Of a stretch of DNA of 64,000 nt, positions 17,869 to 27,179 are shown piece after piece; position 1 is the stretch's first letter, and each line of letters opens with the position of its first letter. The DNA is taken from the NCBI GenBank assembly GCA_027315165.1, contig DAHUYN010000003.1, forward strand, positions 27,990 to 91,989. Reading direction: 5' to 3'. Origin of the DNA: Thermoplasmata archaeon (GTDB lineage: Archaea; Thermoplasmatota; Thermoplasmata; Lutacidiplasmatales; UBA184). The notes beneath the pieces were generated by a model, which saw only the letters and a program-made list of their open reading frames with translations, was not told the DNA's origin and searched no databases. A program made the position numbers and the translations under genes.

Positions 17869-17950
17869 CGCGACGGCACACCCGGCCGCCCCCATAGCAG
17901 GTTCGGGCCCCCACGCAACCCACTTACGGGCCGGCCGGCTCGACAGCCCC

Positions 17951-18658
17951 GTGTGGACCTCGACGGCCGAGGCGCCGATCCTGCTCGTCGGGGCCGCGCA
18001 TGTGGTCGACCTCGAGCCGGCGCTCCGCCGGCTCCTCCGCGACCGACCGCTCGACGGCGTCGCGGTCGAGCTCGACGACGAGCGCGCTCGTGCCCTCCTC
18101 GCACCGCCGGAGACGGCGCCCGGGCGTCGTGGCCGGGTCCCGGTCGTCCTCCGGCTCTGGGGCCACCTGCAACGGCGGCTCGGGGAGGAGATGGGCGGCG
18201 GCGTCGCGGGGGCCGAGATGGTCGTCGCGGCGCGCATCGCCCAAGAGCGGGGCGTGCCGCTCCTCCTCATCGACGACCCGATCCGGGAGACCCTGCCCAA
18301 GCTCCTCGGGTCGCTCTCGCTGCGCGAGCGGCTGAGCCTCGTCGTCGGCTCGATCGTGGGTCTGTTCGTTCCGGCCCGCCTCGTACAGCGGCAGCTCGAC
18401 CGCTACAACGAGGCGCCGGCTCCGTTCCTCGAGGAGGTCCGGTCGGCCTACCCCGGTCTCGCCCGCGTGCTGATCGACGACCGGAACGAGCACATGGCGC
18501 GAAGGCTCGGGGAGGCGCGCGGCCGCGGTGTCGGGCGGATCGCCGCGGTCGTTGGCGATGCCCACGTTCCCGGCCTCGTCGCAGCGCTCGCTCGACGGGG
18601 GATCCCGACGGAGGCGGTGCCGCTGCGCGAGCTGCTCGAGCGCGCTACAGCACCGTGA
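17951..18658 (+). CDS. TraB-family protein
   Basis: ORF track 17801..18658. The ILLVGAAHV...DGVAVELDDERARAL pattern matches TraB/PrgY (PF01963). A GTG start at 17951 is assumed so as not to overlap the divergent gene. Confidence 0.55.
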   Translation: MWTSTAEAPILLVGAAHVVDLEPALRRLLRDRPLDGVAVELDDERARALLAPPETAPGRRGRVPVVLRLWGHLQRRLGEEMGGGVAGAEMVVAARIAQERGVPLLLIDDPIRETLPKLLGSLSLRERLSLVVGSIVGLFVPARLVQRQLDRYNEAPAPFLEEVRSAYPGLARVLIDDRNEHMARRLGEARGRGVGRIAAVVGDAHVPGLVAALARRGIPTEAVPLRELLERATAP

Positions 18659-19421
18659 GGCGGCTCTTCTTGACGGCGTCGAGGGAGGCCAGGATCGCCT
18701 CGGCGAGCCGTCCGGCCTCCTCGCCCTCGTAGCTCTCGAGGCGACCGGCGTCCCCGAGCACCGAGATCCTCGGGTCGATGGGAAGGCGGGCGAGCAGCGG
18801 GACGCCGTACGATTCGGCGACCTTCGCGACCCCGCTCGGCCCGAACGGCTCGATCCGCTCGTGGCAGTGCGGGCACTCGAGGTAGCCGAGGTTCTCGACG
18901 ACCCCGAGGAGGGGAACGTGGAGGTCCCGGGCCATGTTCATCGCCTTCTGGACGATCAGGGCCGAGAGCTCCTGGGGCGAGAAGACGAAGACCATCCCGT
19001 CGAGGGGGATCGTCTGGAAGACCGTGAGGGGCACGTCGCTCGTCCCGGGCGGCATGTCGAGGAGCAGGAAGTCAAGCGGTCCCCAGTTGACCCCCGCGTA
19101 GAACTGCAGGATGAGGCGAGTTACGAGGGGACCCCGCCAGATCACCGGGGTCTGGTCGTCCTCGACCATGAACTGCGAGGAGACGACCGAGATGCCGCCG
19201 GCGGTCGCCGCCGGCTCGATCCCCTCGCCCTTGTCGAGGAGCGGGCCGGAGAGCCCGAGGAGCTTCGGGATGGACGGGCCCGTCACGTCGGCGTCGAGCA
19301 GCCCCACCTTGAGCCCCCGGCGCGCGAGGGCGGCGGCGAGGAGGGCCGTGACCGACGACTTTCCGACGCCGCCCTTACCGGAGCCGACCGCGATGACGTG
19401 CTGGATCGCGCCCTTCTCCAT
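18645..19421 (-). CDS. Mrp/NBP35-family Fe-S cluster carrier ATPase (ApbC)
   Basis: ORF track goes to 19691. ATG 19421 (MEKGAIQHVIAVGSGKGGVGKS) gives 258 aa with a P-loop and CPHC motif. A longer start would run into the divergent acd promoter. Confidence 0.8.
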   Translation of the reverse strand: MEKGAIQHVIAVGSGKGGVGKSSVTALLAAALARRGLKVGLLDADVTGPSIPKLLGLSGPLLDKGEGIEPAATAGGISVVSSQFMVEDDQTPVIWRGPLVTRLILQFYAGVNWGPLDFLLLDMPPGTSDVPLTVFQTIPLDGMVFVFSPQELSALIVQKAMNMARDLHVPLLGVVENLGYLECPHCHERIEPFGPSGVAKVAESYGVPLLARLPIDPRISVLGDAGRLESYEGEEAGRLAEAILASLDAVKKSRLTVL

Positions 19422-19535
19422 GCGCGTGAGGCCGCCGCCCGGGCGCGGCGCGCGGGGCGCGCCGATAGGCGACGAGGTCGGGTGGCCCTCCGTCGTCGAG
19501 GGGGAGTCGGGCGACACGGCCCACGACGGGGCCCA

Positions 19536-19547
19536 CGATATATAACG
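19536..19547 (+). promoter_or_regulatory. TATA box (GATATATAAC) upstream of acd
   Basis: Strong AT box ~35 nt upstream of ATG 19579. Confidence 0.55.
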
Positions 19548-19578
19548 CGCCCTGTCGTGACCCTCACCGGAGGCGGCG

Positions 19579-21798
19579 ATGACGGCGGGAAGGTCCGCGG
19601 GGCTCGAGGAGGTCTTCGAACCGAGGTCGATCGCGGTGGTCGGGGCGTCGAACCGACCGGATACCGTCGGGCAGAGCCTTTTCCGCAACATCCTGCAGGC
19701 CGGCTACAAGGGCGTCGTCTACCCGGTGAACCCGGGCTGGAAGAGCGTCTCGGGGGTCCGCTGCTACGCGAAGGTCTCGGACCTGCCGGAGGTCCCGGAC
19801 CTCGGGTTCGTCATCGTGCCGGCGCCCGCGGTCGCCGGTGTCGCCGAGGAGCTCGGCAAGCTCGGCACGAAGGGGATCGTCGTCATCTCCTCGGGGTTCC
19901 GCGAGGTCGGCGGCGAGGGGATCGCTCGCGAGGAGGCGCTCGTCCGGGTCGCCTCGAAGTACCGCATGTCGGTCGTCGGCCCGAACTGCTTCGGCGTGAT
20001 CAACACGAGCAGCGAGATGAGCCTGAACGCGACGTTCTCCGAGAGCCTGCCGCCAAAGGGGAACATCGCCTTCGTCTCGCAGAGCGGGGCGCTCTGCGCG
20101 GGGATCCTGCGCTACGGGACCTCGGAGCGGATCGGGTTCTCCAGGTTCGTGAGCGTCGGCAATCGGGCCGGCGTCGACGAGAACGACATCCTCCGCTCCG
20201 TCGGGCGCGACCCGGCGACGAAGGTCGTCCTGCTCTACATCGAGAGCCTCGCCGACGGGCGGCGGTTCCTCGAGGTCGCCCGCGAGGTCACGGAGCAAAA
20301 GCCGGTCCTCGTGATCAAGAGCGGCCGCTCCGCGGCCGGCGAGCGCGCGGCGCAGAGCCACACGGGCTCGCTCGCGCACTCGGCCCAGGACCGCGTCTTC
20401 GACGCGCTGTTCGAGCAGGCGGGCGTGCTGCGGGCCGACACGATCGGCGACCTCTTCCGGATGGCGAAGATCTTCTCGACGGGCCTCAAGCTCGAGGGGC
20501 CCCGCCTCGCGATCCTCACGAACTCGGGGGGCCCGGGGATCGTCGCCGCCGACGCCTGCGCCCGGGGCGGGCTCGAGCTGCCGCTGCCGCCTCCGATCAT
20601 CGCCGAAGGTCTCCGCTCGATCCTCTCCCCCTCGGCGTCGATCGGCAACCCCGTCGACATGACCGCCGACGCGCGCCCCGAGGTCTACCGAGAGTCCCTC
20701 AAGCTCCTCCTCACGGCCCCCGATGTCAACGGGGCCCTCGTCATCGCGACCCCGACGGGGACGTTGAGCGGGATGGAGCTCGCCCGGGCGATCCTCGAGG
20801 CCCGCTCGTCGACCTCGAAGCCGGTCGCCGCCTGCCTGTTCGGCCTGAGCGACCTCACGCAAGAGGTGACGTTCCTCGAGGAGCACGGCGTGCCGACCTA
20901 CACGTTCCCCGAGGAGGCGATCCAGGGGCTCTCGGGCCTCGCCCGATACAACGCCTGGTGGACTCGGCCGCGGACCGAGGTCAAGACCTTCGAGGTCGAC
21001 CGGGCCGCGGCCCAGCGTGTGATCGCGCGCGCCCGCGCGGCCGGGGCGAGCGTGCTGCCCGAGTACGCGGCCCGCGCCCTCCTCGAGGCCTACGGGATCC
21101 GATTCCCCGCGGTCCGCCGGACCCGGACCGTCGCCGAGGCCGTCGCCGCCGCGAACGAGATCGGCTACCCCGTCGTCCTCAAGATCGCGTCGCCCGACAT
21201 CTCCCACAAGACCGACGTCGGGGGCGTCGAGCTCGGCATCGAGACCCCCGCCCAGCTCCGCGCCGCGTTCGCCCGGATCGAGCGCTCCGTCGCCGCGAAG
21301 GCGCCGAAGGCCCGGATCGAGGGGCTCGAGGTCGAGCAGCAGGTGCTCGGCGGCAAGGAGGTCTTGGTCGGCGCCCAGCGGGACCCGGCGTTCGGCCCGA
21401 TGATCGTCTTCGGAATGGGCGGCATCTACGTCGAGGTCCTCAAGGACGTGACGTTCCGGCTCGCCCCCCTCCGGCCGCTCTCGGCCGAGCACATGGTCCG
21501 CTCGGTGCGAGCGTTCCCGCTCCTCACGGGCGTTCGGGGCGAGGCGCCGAGCGACCTCCCCGCGCTGTACGAGGCACTCCTTCGGATCTCTCAGCTCGTC
21601 GTCGAGCAGCCGGAGATCACCGAGCTCGACGTGAACCCGCTGCTCGTCCGCGGGGCCGGCCAGTCGGTCGTCGCCGTCGACGCGCGCGTCGTGCTCGATC
21701 CGTCTTCCAGATCGGCACCTCCCGCTTCAGCTCCTCGATCAGCCCTGCGCAGGCCCGCAGGGCCGCGGCGCGGTGCGGCGCGGCCGCGCCGACGATGA
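19579..21798 (+). CDS. acetyl-CoA synthetase (ADP-forming), fused alpha/beta subunits
   Basis: 739 aa. N-terminal CoA-binding region (SIAVVGAS...VYPVNP), succinyl-CoA-synthetase-like ligase domain and ATP-grasp C-terminus. The Arg-rich tail is discussed in findings. Confidence 0.85.
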   Translation: MTAGRSAGLEEVFEPRSIAVVGASNRPDTVGQSLFRNILQAGYKGVVYPVNPGWKSVSGVRCYAKVSDLPEVPDLGFVIVPAPAVAGVAEELGKLGTKGIVVISSGFREVGGEGIAREEALVRVASKYRMSVVGPNCFGVINTSSEMSLNATFSESLPPKGNIAFVSQSGALCAGILRYGTSERIGFSRFVSVGNRAGVDENDILRSVGRDPATKVVLLYIESLADGRRFLEVAREVTEQKPVLVIKSGRSAAGERAAQSHTGSLAHSAQDRVFDALFEQAGVLRADTIGDLFRMAKIFSTGLKLEGPRLAILTNSGGPGIVAADACARGGLELPLPPPIIAEGLRSILSPSASIGNPVDMTADARPEVYRESLKLLLTAPDVNGALVIATPTGTLSGMELARAILEARSSTSKPVAACLFGLSDLTQEVTFLEEHGVPTYTFPEEAIQGLSGLARYNAWWTRPRTEVKTFEVDRAAAQRVIARARAAGASVLPEYAARALLEAYGIRFPAVRRTRTVAEAVAAANEIGYPVVLKIASPDISHKTDVGGVELGIETPAQLRAAFARIERSVAAKAPKARIEGLEVEQQVLGGKEVLVGAQRDPAFGPMIVFGMGGIYVEVLKDVTFRLAPLRPLSAEHMVRSVRAFPLLTGVRGEAPSDLPALYEALLRISQLVVEQPEITELDVNPLLVRGAGQSVVAVDARVVLDPSSRSAPPASAPRSALRRPAGPRRGAARPRRR

Positions 21799-22072
21799 CG
21801 GCGGCCGTTCCGACGGGCAGCACGCCGAGCCGGTGCCAGGCGACGGCGCCCGTGAGACGGTAGCGACGCACGACGCGCCGCTCGAGCGCTTCGAGGGCCG
21901 CGAGGGCCATCGGAACGTGCGCGTCGTACTCGAGCGCGACGACCCGGCCGCGACGGGTGCGGTCCGGTCGGACGGTGCCGACGAAGACGGCGACCCCGCC
22001 GCTCTCGGGCCGTTGTAGCTCTTCGTAGGCGCGGGCGATCGAGAGGGGCCGGCGAACGAGGGCGACGCTCAC
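21617..22072 (-). CDS. moaE: molybdopterin synthase catalytic subunit MoaE
   Basis: GTG at 22072, 2 nt after the moaD stop. WHRLGVLPVGTAAVIVGAAAPHRAAA...VPIWK motifs. Confidence 0.75.
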   Translation of the reverse strand: MSVALVRRPLSIARAYEELQRPESGGVAVFVGTVRPDRTRRGRVVALEYDAHVPMALAALEALERRVVRRYRLTGAVAWHRLGVLPVGTAAVIVGAAAPHRAAALRACAGLIEELKREVPIWKTDRARRARRRRRPTGRPRGRAAGSRRAR

Positions 22073-22073
22073 G

Positions 22074-22331
22074 CTAGCCCCCGCTGTAGGGTGGGTGGAC
22101 GGCGATCTCGTCACCCGGGGCGAGGCGGAGGCGCCGGTCGGAGGCGTAGCGGCCGTTGACCGCGAGGCGGCTCGCCTGGAGGACCGGTCGGAGGGCCAAA
22201 AACTCCTCGGCGACGGCGTCGACGAGTTCGCCGAGGGTCGCGCCCTCGGCCGCGAGCGGCCGGTCGAGGGCGGCCCGGCCGACAGCCTCTCGAGCCGGGC
22301 CGAAGAGGAGGAGGCGCACCGACCCGGGCAC
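22074..22331 (-). CDS. moaD: molybdopterin synthase sulfur-carrier subunit MoaD
   Basis: 85-aa ThiS/MoaD fold ending in GG (HPPYSGG). Confidence 0.75.
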   Translation of the reverse strand: MPGSVRLLLFGPAREAVGRAALDRPLAAEGATLGELVDAVAEEFLALRPVLQASRLAVNGRYASDRRLRLAPGDEIAVHPPYSGG

Positions 22332-22404
22332 GCCTCGAAGAGGGGGGCCGCGCCTATGGCGGTTGTGGCCCCCTCCGACACCCGGCCGTCGCGTGTCGCC
22401 GGTC

Positions 22405-22415
22405 GGTGAAACGCA
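22405..22415 (+). promoter_or_regulatory. TATA-like box (GCATTAATACG) upstream of korA
   Basis: AT box ~30 nt upstream of ATG 22444 in the divergent korA/moaD intergenic region. Confidence 0.45.
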
Positions 22416-22443
22416 TTAATACGCTCCTCCCCTCGAAACGTCG

Positions 22444-24198
22444 ATGCAGGAGCTCTCGATCCGGGCCGGAGGGGCCGCGGGCGACGGGATCGCCTCCGTC
22501 GGCGAGGCGTTCTCGAGATCGCTCTCCCGGATGGGGCTGAACCTCTTCGGACTCAACGCCTACCAGTCGGTCATCCGCGGCGGTCACGTCTGGTTCCAGG
22601 CGCGGGCGAGCGACGCGCCGGTGCACTCGCAGGGCGACCGCGTCGACCTCCTCTACGCGCTCGACCGCCAGACCGTCGAGGTCCACGCGCCGCTTCTGGC
22701 GCCGGGAGGGATCGTCGTCTTCGACCCCGAGAAGTTCTCCGTCGCCGAGGGCGACCTGCCCAAGGGCGTCGACGCGTTCCCCGTCCCGACGCTCCAGCTC
22801 GCGCGGAAGTACACGACCCAGCCGATCCTGCAGAACGCGGCCGGCATCGGCGCGACGGCGTTCCTCGCCGGGATCCCGCTCGAGACCGTCCAGAAGGTCC
22901 TCGCCGACTCCTTCGGCAAGAAGAAGGGCGAGATCGCCGACTGGAACCTCGGCGCCTCCGGTGACGGCTACCGGTACGCCGAGCAGCACCACGCCCCGAG
23001 CCCGCACGCGGTGCGCCCGTCGGGCCCCGCCAAGCTCCTCCTCACGGGCAACGAGGCGATCGCCCTCGGGGCCGCCGCCGCGGGAGTGAAGTTCCTCGCC
23101 CAGTACCCGATGACCCCGGCCTCCTCGGTGATGCACTGGATGGCGGCTCACTCCCACGACCTCGGGATCGTCGTCAAGCAGGCCGAGGACGAGCTCGCGG
23201 CGATCAACATGGCGATCGGCGCCTCCTACGCCGGCGTCCGGTCGATGACCGCGACGAGCGGGGGCGGCTTCGCCCTGATGGTCGAGGCGCTCGGCATGGC
23301 GGGCATGACCGAGACGCCCCTCGTCGTCGTCGAGGCCCAGCGCGCCGGCCCTTCGACGGGCCTGCCGACCAAGACGGAGCAGGGGGACCTCAACCTCATG
23401 CTCGGCGCAGGTCAGGGAGAATTCCCCCGAGCCATCCTGGCGCCGAGCAACGCCCTTGAGGCCTACCGCGCGGCCGTCGAGGCCGTTCGCCTCGCGGAGG
23501 CCTGGCAGACGCCGATCCTCCTCGCGAGCGACCTCCACCTCTCCGAGAACTACATGACGATCGACCGGTCCGAGGTCTCGTTCGACGTCCCCATCCCCTC
23601 GCTGTACCAGGTCGAGGCGAACGGGAACGACTACAAGCGCTACCTGTACACGCCGTCGGGCGTCTCCCCGAGGGCGCTCCCCGGTCAGCCGGGGCTCCAG
23701 TTCATCGCGGGCTCCGACGAGCACGACGAGAAGGGGCACCTCATCTCCGACGTGCGGTCGGGTCTCCCCCATTGGGTCGCCGAGCGCACGAAGATGATGG
23801 ACAAGCGGATGCACAAGCTCGACGGGCTACGGCACGATGCCCCGCCGGTCCTCGTCGAAGGCGCGGCGAACCCGAGCCTCACGCTCTTGGCCTGGGGGTC
23901 GACGGTCGGCGCCGTCCGCGACGCGATGGTGCAGCTTACGGCCGCCGGCATCCCGACGCGCCTCGTCTACCCGAGGACGGTCTATCCGCTCGACACGGCC
24001 ACGCTCGTGCCGCTCCTCACGGGTCCCGAGCCGAAGCTCCTCGTCGAGGCGAACTTCTCCGGCCAATTGGGCCGGCTCCTTCGGTCGGAGACGAGCATCG
24101 ACCTGCCCGACAAGCTCCTCAAGTACGACGGCGAGCCGTTCTATCCGACGGAGATCGTCGCCAAGGTCCGGGAGGTCCTCAACCGTGTCAGAAAGTAG
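22444..24198 (+). CDS. korA: 2-oxoacid:ferredoxin oxidoreductase alpha subunit (fused gamma-alpha)
   Basis: 584 aa, Sulfolobus-type two-subunit OFOR architecture. Confidence 0.85.
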   Translation: MQELSIRAGGAAGDGIASVGEAFSRSLSRMGLNLFGLNAYQSVIRGGHVWFQARASDAPVHSQGDRVDLLYALDRQTVEVHAPLLAPGGIVVFDPEKFSVAEGDLPKGVDAFPVPTLQLARKYTTQPILQNAAGIGATAFLAGIPLETVQKVLADSFGKKKGEIADWNLGASGDGYRYAEQHHAPSPHAVRPSGPAKLLLTGNEAIALGAAAAGVKFLAQYPMTPASSVMHWMAAHSHDLGIVVKQAEDELAAINMAIGASYAGVRSMTATSGGGFALMVEALGMAGMTETPLVVVEAQRAGPSTGLPTKTEQGDLNLMLGAGQGEFPRAILAPSNALEAYRAAVEAVRLAEAWQTPILLASDLHLSENYMTIDRSEVSFDVPIPSLYQVEANGNDYKRYLYTPSGVSPRALPGQPGLQFIAGSDEHDEKGHLISDVRSGLPHWVAERTKMMDKRMHKLDGLRHDAPPVLVEGAANPSLTLLAWGSTVGAVRDAMVQLTAAGIPTRLVYPRTVYPLDTATLVPLLTGPEPKLLVEANFSGQLGRLLRSETSIDLPDKLLKYDGEPFYPTEIVAKVREVLNRVRK

Positions 24199-25081
24199 CG
24201 TGCAGGCCGCGGCCCCCGTCGGAACCCCCCTTCCCCTGATCGGGAAGTCGGACACGAAGCCCACTTGGTGCCCGGGGTGCGGGGACTACGGCGTCATCGC
24301 CGCGATCGAGATGGCGGTCAAGCGGCTCAAGCTGCCGTCCCACACGGTCGTGCTCGTCTCGGGGATCGGTTGCTCGAGCAACCTGCCGCACTTCCTCTCG
24401 AGCTACGGCTTCCACGCGATCCACGGGCGCGCCCTGCCGGTCGCGGAGGGGATCCGATGGGGGAACCACGGGCTCACCGTCATCGCGACGGGCGGCGACG
24501 GGGACGGCTACGGGATCGGCGCGGGGCATCTCGTCCACGCGATGCGCCGCAACGTCGACCTCACCTACGTCACGATGAACAACCAGATCTACGGGCTCAC
24601 GACGGGCCAGGCGTCGCCGACCTCGATGCTCGGCCAGAAGACGAAATCGACGCCGACGGGCGTCATCGAGAACCCGATCGACCCGGTCTCGCTCGCCCTG
24701 GCGAGCGGAGCCACCTACATCGCCCGGGGCTTCTCGGGGGATGTGAAGCAGCTCGCGGACCTCGTCGCGGGCGCGATCACGCACAAGGGCTTCGCCTTCG
24801 TCGACACGATGTCGCCGTGCGTCACGTACAACAAGATCAACACGTTCGACTTCTTCCGCCAGCGCGTCTACAAGCTCGAGGCGGCGGGGCACGACCCGAC
24901 GAACCTCGTCACGGCGTGGGAGCGCTCCCTGGAGTGGGGCGAGAAGATCCCGACCGGGCTGTTCTACCGCGCCGAGCGGCCGACCTACGAGGAGCTCGAG
25001 GAGGTCCTCTCGGCCGGGCCCCTCGTCGGCCAGCCCGCCGGGCTCAAGGGGCGCGAGTCGCTCCTGGACGAGTTCCTCTAG
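24185..25081 (+). CDS. korB: 2-oxoacid:ferredoxin oxidoreductase beta subunit (TPP-binding)
   Basis: ORF track 23837..25081. GTG 24185 (VSESSVQ) overlaps the korA stop by 14 nt. TPP motif GDGDGYGIG and Cys cluster CPGCGDYG. Confidence 0.8.
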   Translation: MSESSVQAAAPVGTPLPLIGKSDTKPTWCPGCGDYGVIAAIEMAVKRLKLPSHTVVLVSGIGCSSNLPHFLSSYGFHAIHGRALPVAEGIRWGNHGLTVIATGGDGDGYGIGAGHLVHAMRRNVDLTYVTMNNQIYGLTTGQASPTSMLGQKTKSTPTGVIENPIDPVSLALASGATYIARGFSGDVKQLADLVAGAITHKGFAFVDTMSPCVTYNKINTFDFFRQRVYKLEAAGHDPTNLVTAWERSLEWGEKIPTGLFYRAERPTYEELEEVLSAGPLVGQPAGLKGRESLLDEFL

Positions 25082-25099
25082 GGCCGCGGCGGCCGGGCG

Positions 25100-27088
25100 C
25101 TACGGCGGCACCGCGAACAGCCAGGCGTCCCCCTCGGCGAAGAGGACCGGCCAGCCGGCCCGCTCGAGCGGCGGCGCGAGGAACGGCTCGAACAACACCG
25201 AGTTCGCCTGCGTCACGGCGACGTACTCGGCCCCGAGGGCGTGGAGCGCCTTGAGGCCGGTGGCGTTGAGAGCGCCCTGGATGAGCTGGTCGACGACGAG
25301 CTGGTAGTCGGTCGCGGTCGCCGGACCGGCCGCACCGTTCATCGGCTCGAGGACGCGGAGCGTCGGCGCATAGCCCGGGAGGAACTCGGCGGCGCTCCCC
25401 GGCGCGACGAGGACCGCGGCGCCGCTCGGGAGGTGGTCCGCGCACCAGGCCAGAAGCGCCTCGTCCGAGCTCGTGACGTTGCCGAACGACACGTAGGAGG
25501 CATGCAGCTGGCCCGGCAACAGGGCGCCGGTGACCGCGGCTCCTGGCAGCAGGAGGAGCGCGGCCACGACGCCCGCGACGACCGCGCTCCGTCGAGGAAG
25601 GGAGGTGTGACGCGCCGGCGCCGCTCCGCCAACGGTCGGGGCCGTCGCGGCGCCCCCCCTCGAGAGCGCCGCGAGCCAGAGCAGCGGCGTCGCCGCGAGG
25701 ATCGCGTAGAGCTCGAAGAGCAGGAGGCTCTCCTCGCCGGGGCTGGTCAGCGACTCGAGCGTCGGGAATCCCGGCACGCCCCCTCGCGCGAGCAGCCCGA
25801 GGGCCAGGAGCGCCGCGAGCGCGAGACCTCCGACGAGGAGCAGGCGCGCGAGCCCGTCGCCGACCCTCGCGCGCACCTCGGGATGCAGCAGGAGGAACGC
25901 TCCGACGACCAGGAGCGCCGAGAGCTCGACCTGAAGCACGGGGAAGGGGGAGAGCAGCGGATGTCCCGGCCCGTAGAGGAACGGGTCGACGAGGCCGACG
26001 AGGTCGTTCGGGCCGATCCCTCCCGAGGCGAGCGCCGCCGGTGCGGCCGTGTGCTCTTGAGCGAGCGCGTAGAGGCTCGGCGTCACCCAGGGGAGCGCCG
26101 CGGCCAGGGCCGTGCCGTAGGCCCTGAGCCGGGAGGCCATAGAGCGCTTCGAGGAGACCCCGAGCGCGAGGAACGCCGCGGCGACGACGAACAGCCACTC
26201 GGGGCCGACCGGGTTCAGGGCCGCCGCGTAGCCCGCGAGAGCGCCGAAGGCGAGCGCATCTCCGAGGGCCGGCCCGCGCTCGCCGCCCCACGCGGGGCAC
26301 CAGCTCGCGAGGATCAGGACGAGCGGCGCGGCGAGGGCGAAGTCGTTCGACCCGAACGCCATCTCGCGCGTCCACGGCGCGGCGAGCGCGGTGAAGAGGG
26401 CGAGGACCGCGGCGGAGACGCGCGAGCCGGTGAGCCGGAGCCCGAAGGCGTAGGCGGCGAGCGGGAAGGCGGCGAGGAAGAGCGGCGTGACGAGGAGCGC
26501 CGTTGCCACCGGGGGCGTCGCGAGGATGGCGTCGACGGTCCCCAGCCAGACGGTGGTCCCCTGCGGATAGGCGATCCAGCCGGTGGCGACCGGTGCGAAG
26601 GTGAGCGGGAGGCTGTGGTGAAGCCCGAGGAGCCCGGTGTAGGTCGCGAGCACGCTCGAGTCGAACGTGTTGCCGCTCCCGACGCCGACGACCGCGGCCA
26701 TCTCGACGAGGAAGAGGACGAGCGCGCTCCCGAGCGCGACGAGCTCGGGCCCCCGACGCCGCAGGTGCGCCACGAGGGGCCGCGGCCCTCGGGGGAGTCG
26801 ATGCGAGCGCCGGGCGAGTCCGACGCCGAGGGCGAGGACCCCGAGGGCGAGGAGGGCCGCGACGGCGAGCGGCGAGAACAGCCCGAACGGCAGCGCGGCG
26901 AGGGCGTAGAGCAACGCCCCCCCGAGGTAGAGGTCGAGGACGACCCGCTCGATCGCCCCCAGGGTCCGGAGGATGGGGGCGACGCGCGACGAGATCGAGC
27001 GCACGACCTCGCCAAGCGCCACGACCGCGGCGAAAAGGGCGAGCAGCTCGATCGCCAAGAGGGCGACGGTCGGTCCCTCGAGCGCCAC
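25100..27088 (-). CDS. large polytopic membrane protein, possibly GT-C-fold glycosyltransferase-like
   Basis: 662 aa with >12 predicted TM helices and a C-terminal soluble domain. No WWDYG AglB motif was seen. Confidence 0.4.
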   Translation of the reverse strand: MALEGPTVALLAIELLALFAAVVALGEVVRSISSRVAPILRTLGAIERVVLDLYLGGALLYALAALPFGLFSPLAVAALLALGVLALGVGLARRSHRLPRGPRPLVAHLRRRGPELVALGSALVLFLVEMAAVVGVGSGNTFDSSVLATYTGLLGLHHSLPLTFAPVATGWIAYPQGTTVWLGTVDAILATPPVATALLVTPLFLAAFPLAAYAFGLRLTGSRVSAAVLALFTALAAPWTREMAFGSNDFALAAPLVLILASWCPAWGGERGPALGDALAFGALAGYAAALNPVGPEWLFVVAAAFLALGVSSKRSMASRLRAYGTALAAALPWVTPSLYALAQEHTAAPAALASGGIGPNDLVGLVDPFLYGPGHPLLSPFPVLQVELSALLVVGAFLLLHPEVRARVGDGLARLLLVGGLALAALLALGLLARGGVPGFPTLESLTSPGEESLLLFELYAILAATPLLWLAALSRGGAATAPTVGGAAPARHTSLPRRSAVVAGVVAALLLLPGAAVTGALLPGQLHASYVSFGNVTSSDEALLAWCADHLPSGAAVLVAPGSAAEFLPGYAPTLRVLEPMNGAAGPATATDYQLVVDQLIQGALNATGLKALHALGAEYVAVTQANSVLFEPFLAPPLERAGWPVLFAEGDAWLFAVPP

Positions 27089-27179
27089 CGCCCGGGAAGG
27101 GCTCGCCGAGGGTATAGCGGCTCGTGCCCGACCGCCGGCAGGCTTTTACCCTCGGGCCCGAGAGACCGGGTGGGCGAAC

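Noticed and set aside
19422-19691. N-terminal 90-aa extension of the Mrp/ApbC ORF
   Set aside because: The extension is Pro/Ser-rich and would run through the acd TATA box and up to its start. The P-loop-proximal ATG 19421 gives the normal length.
22073-22381. N-terminal 103 aa of the 254-aa moaE track ORF
   Set aside because: It overlaps moaD completely in another frame and is Ser/Pro/Arg junk. MoaE homology begins at GTG 22072, right after the moaD stop.
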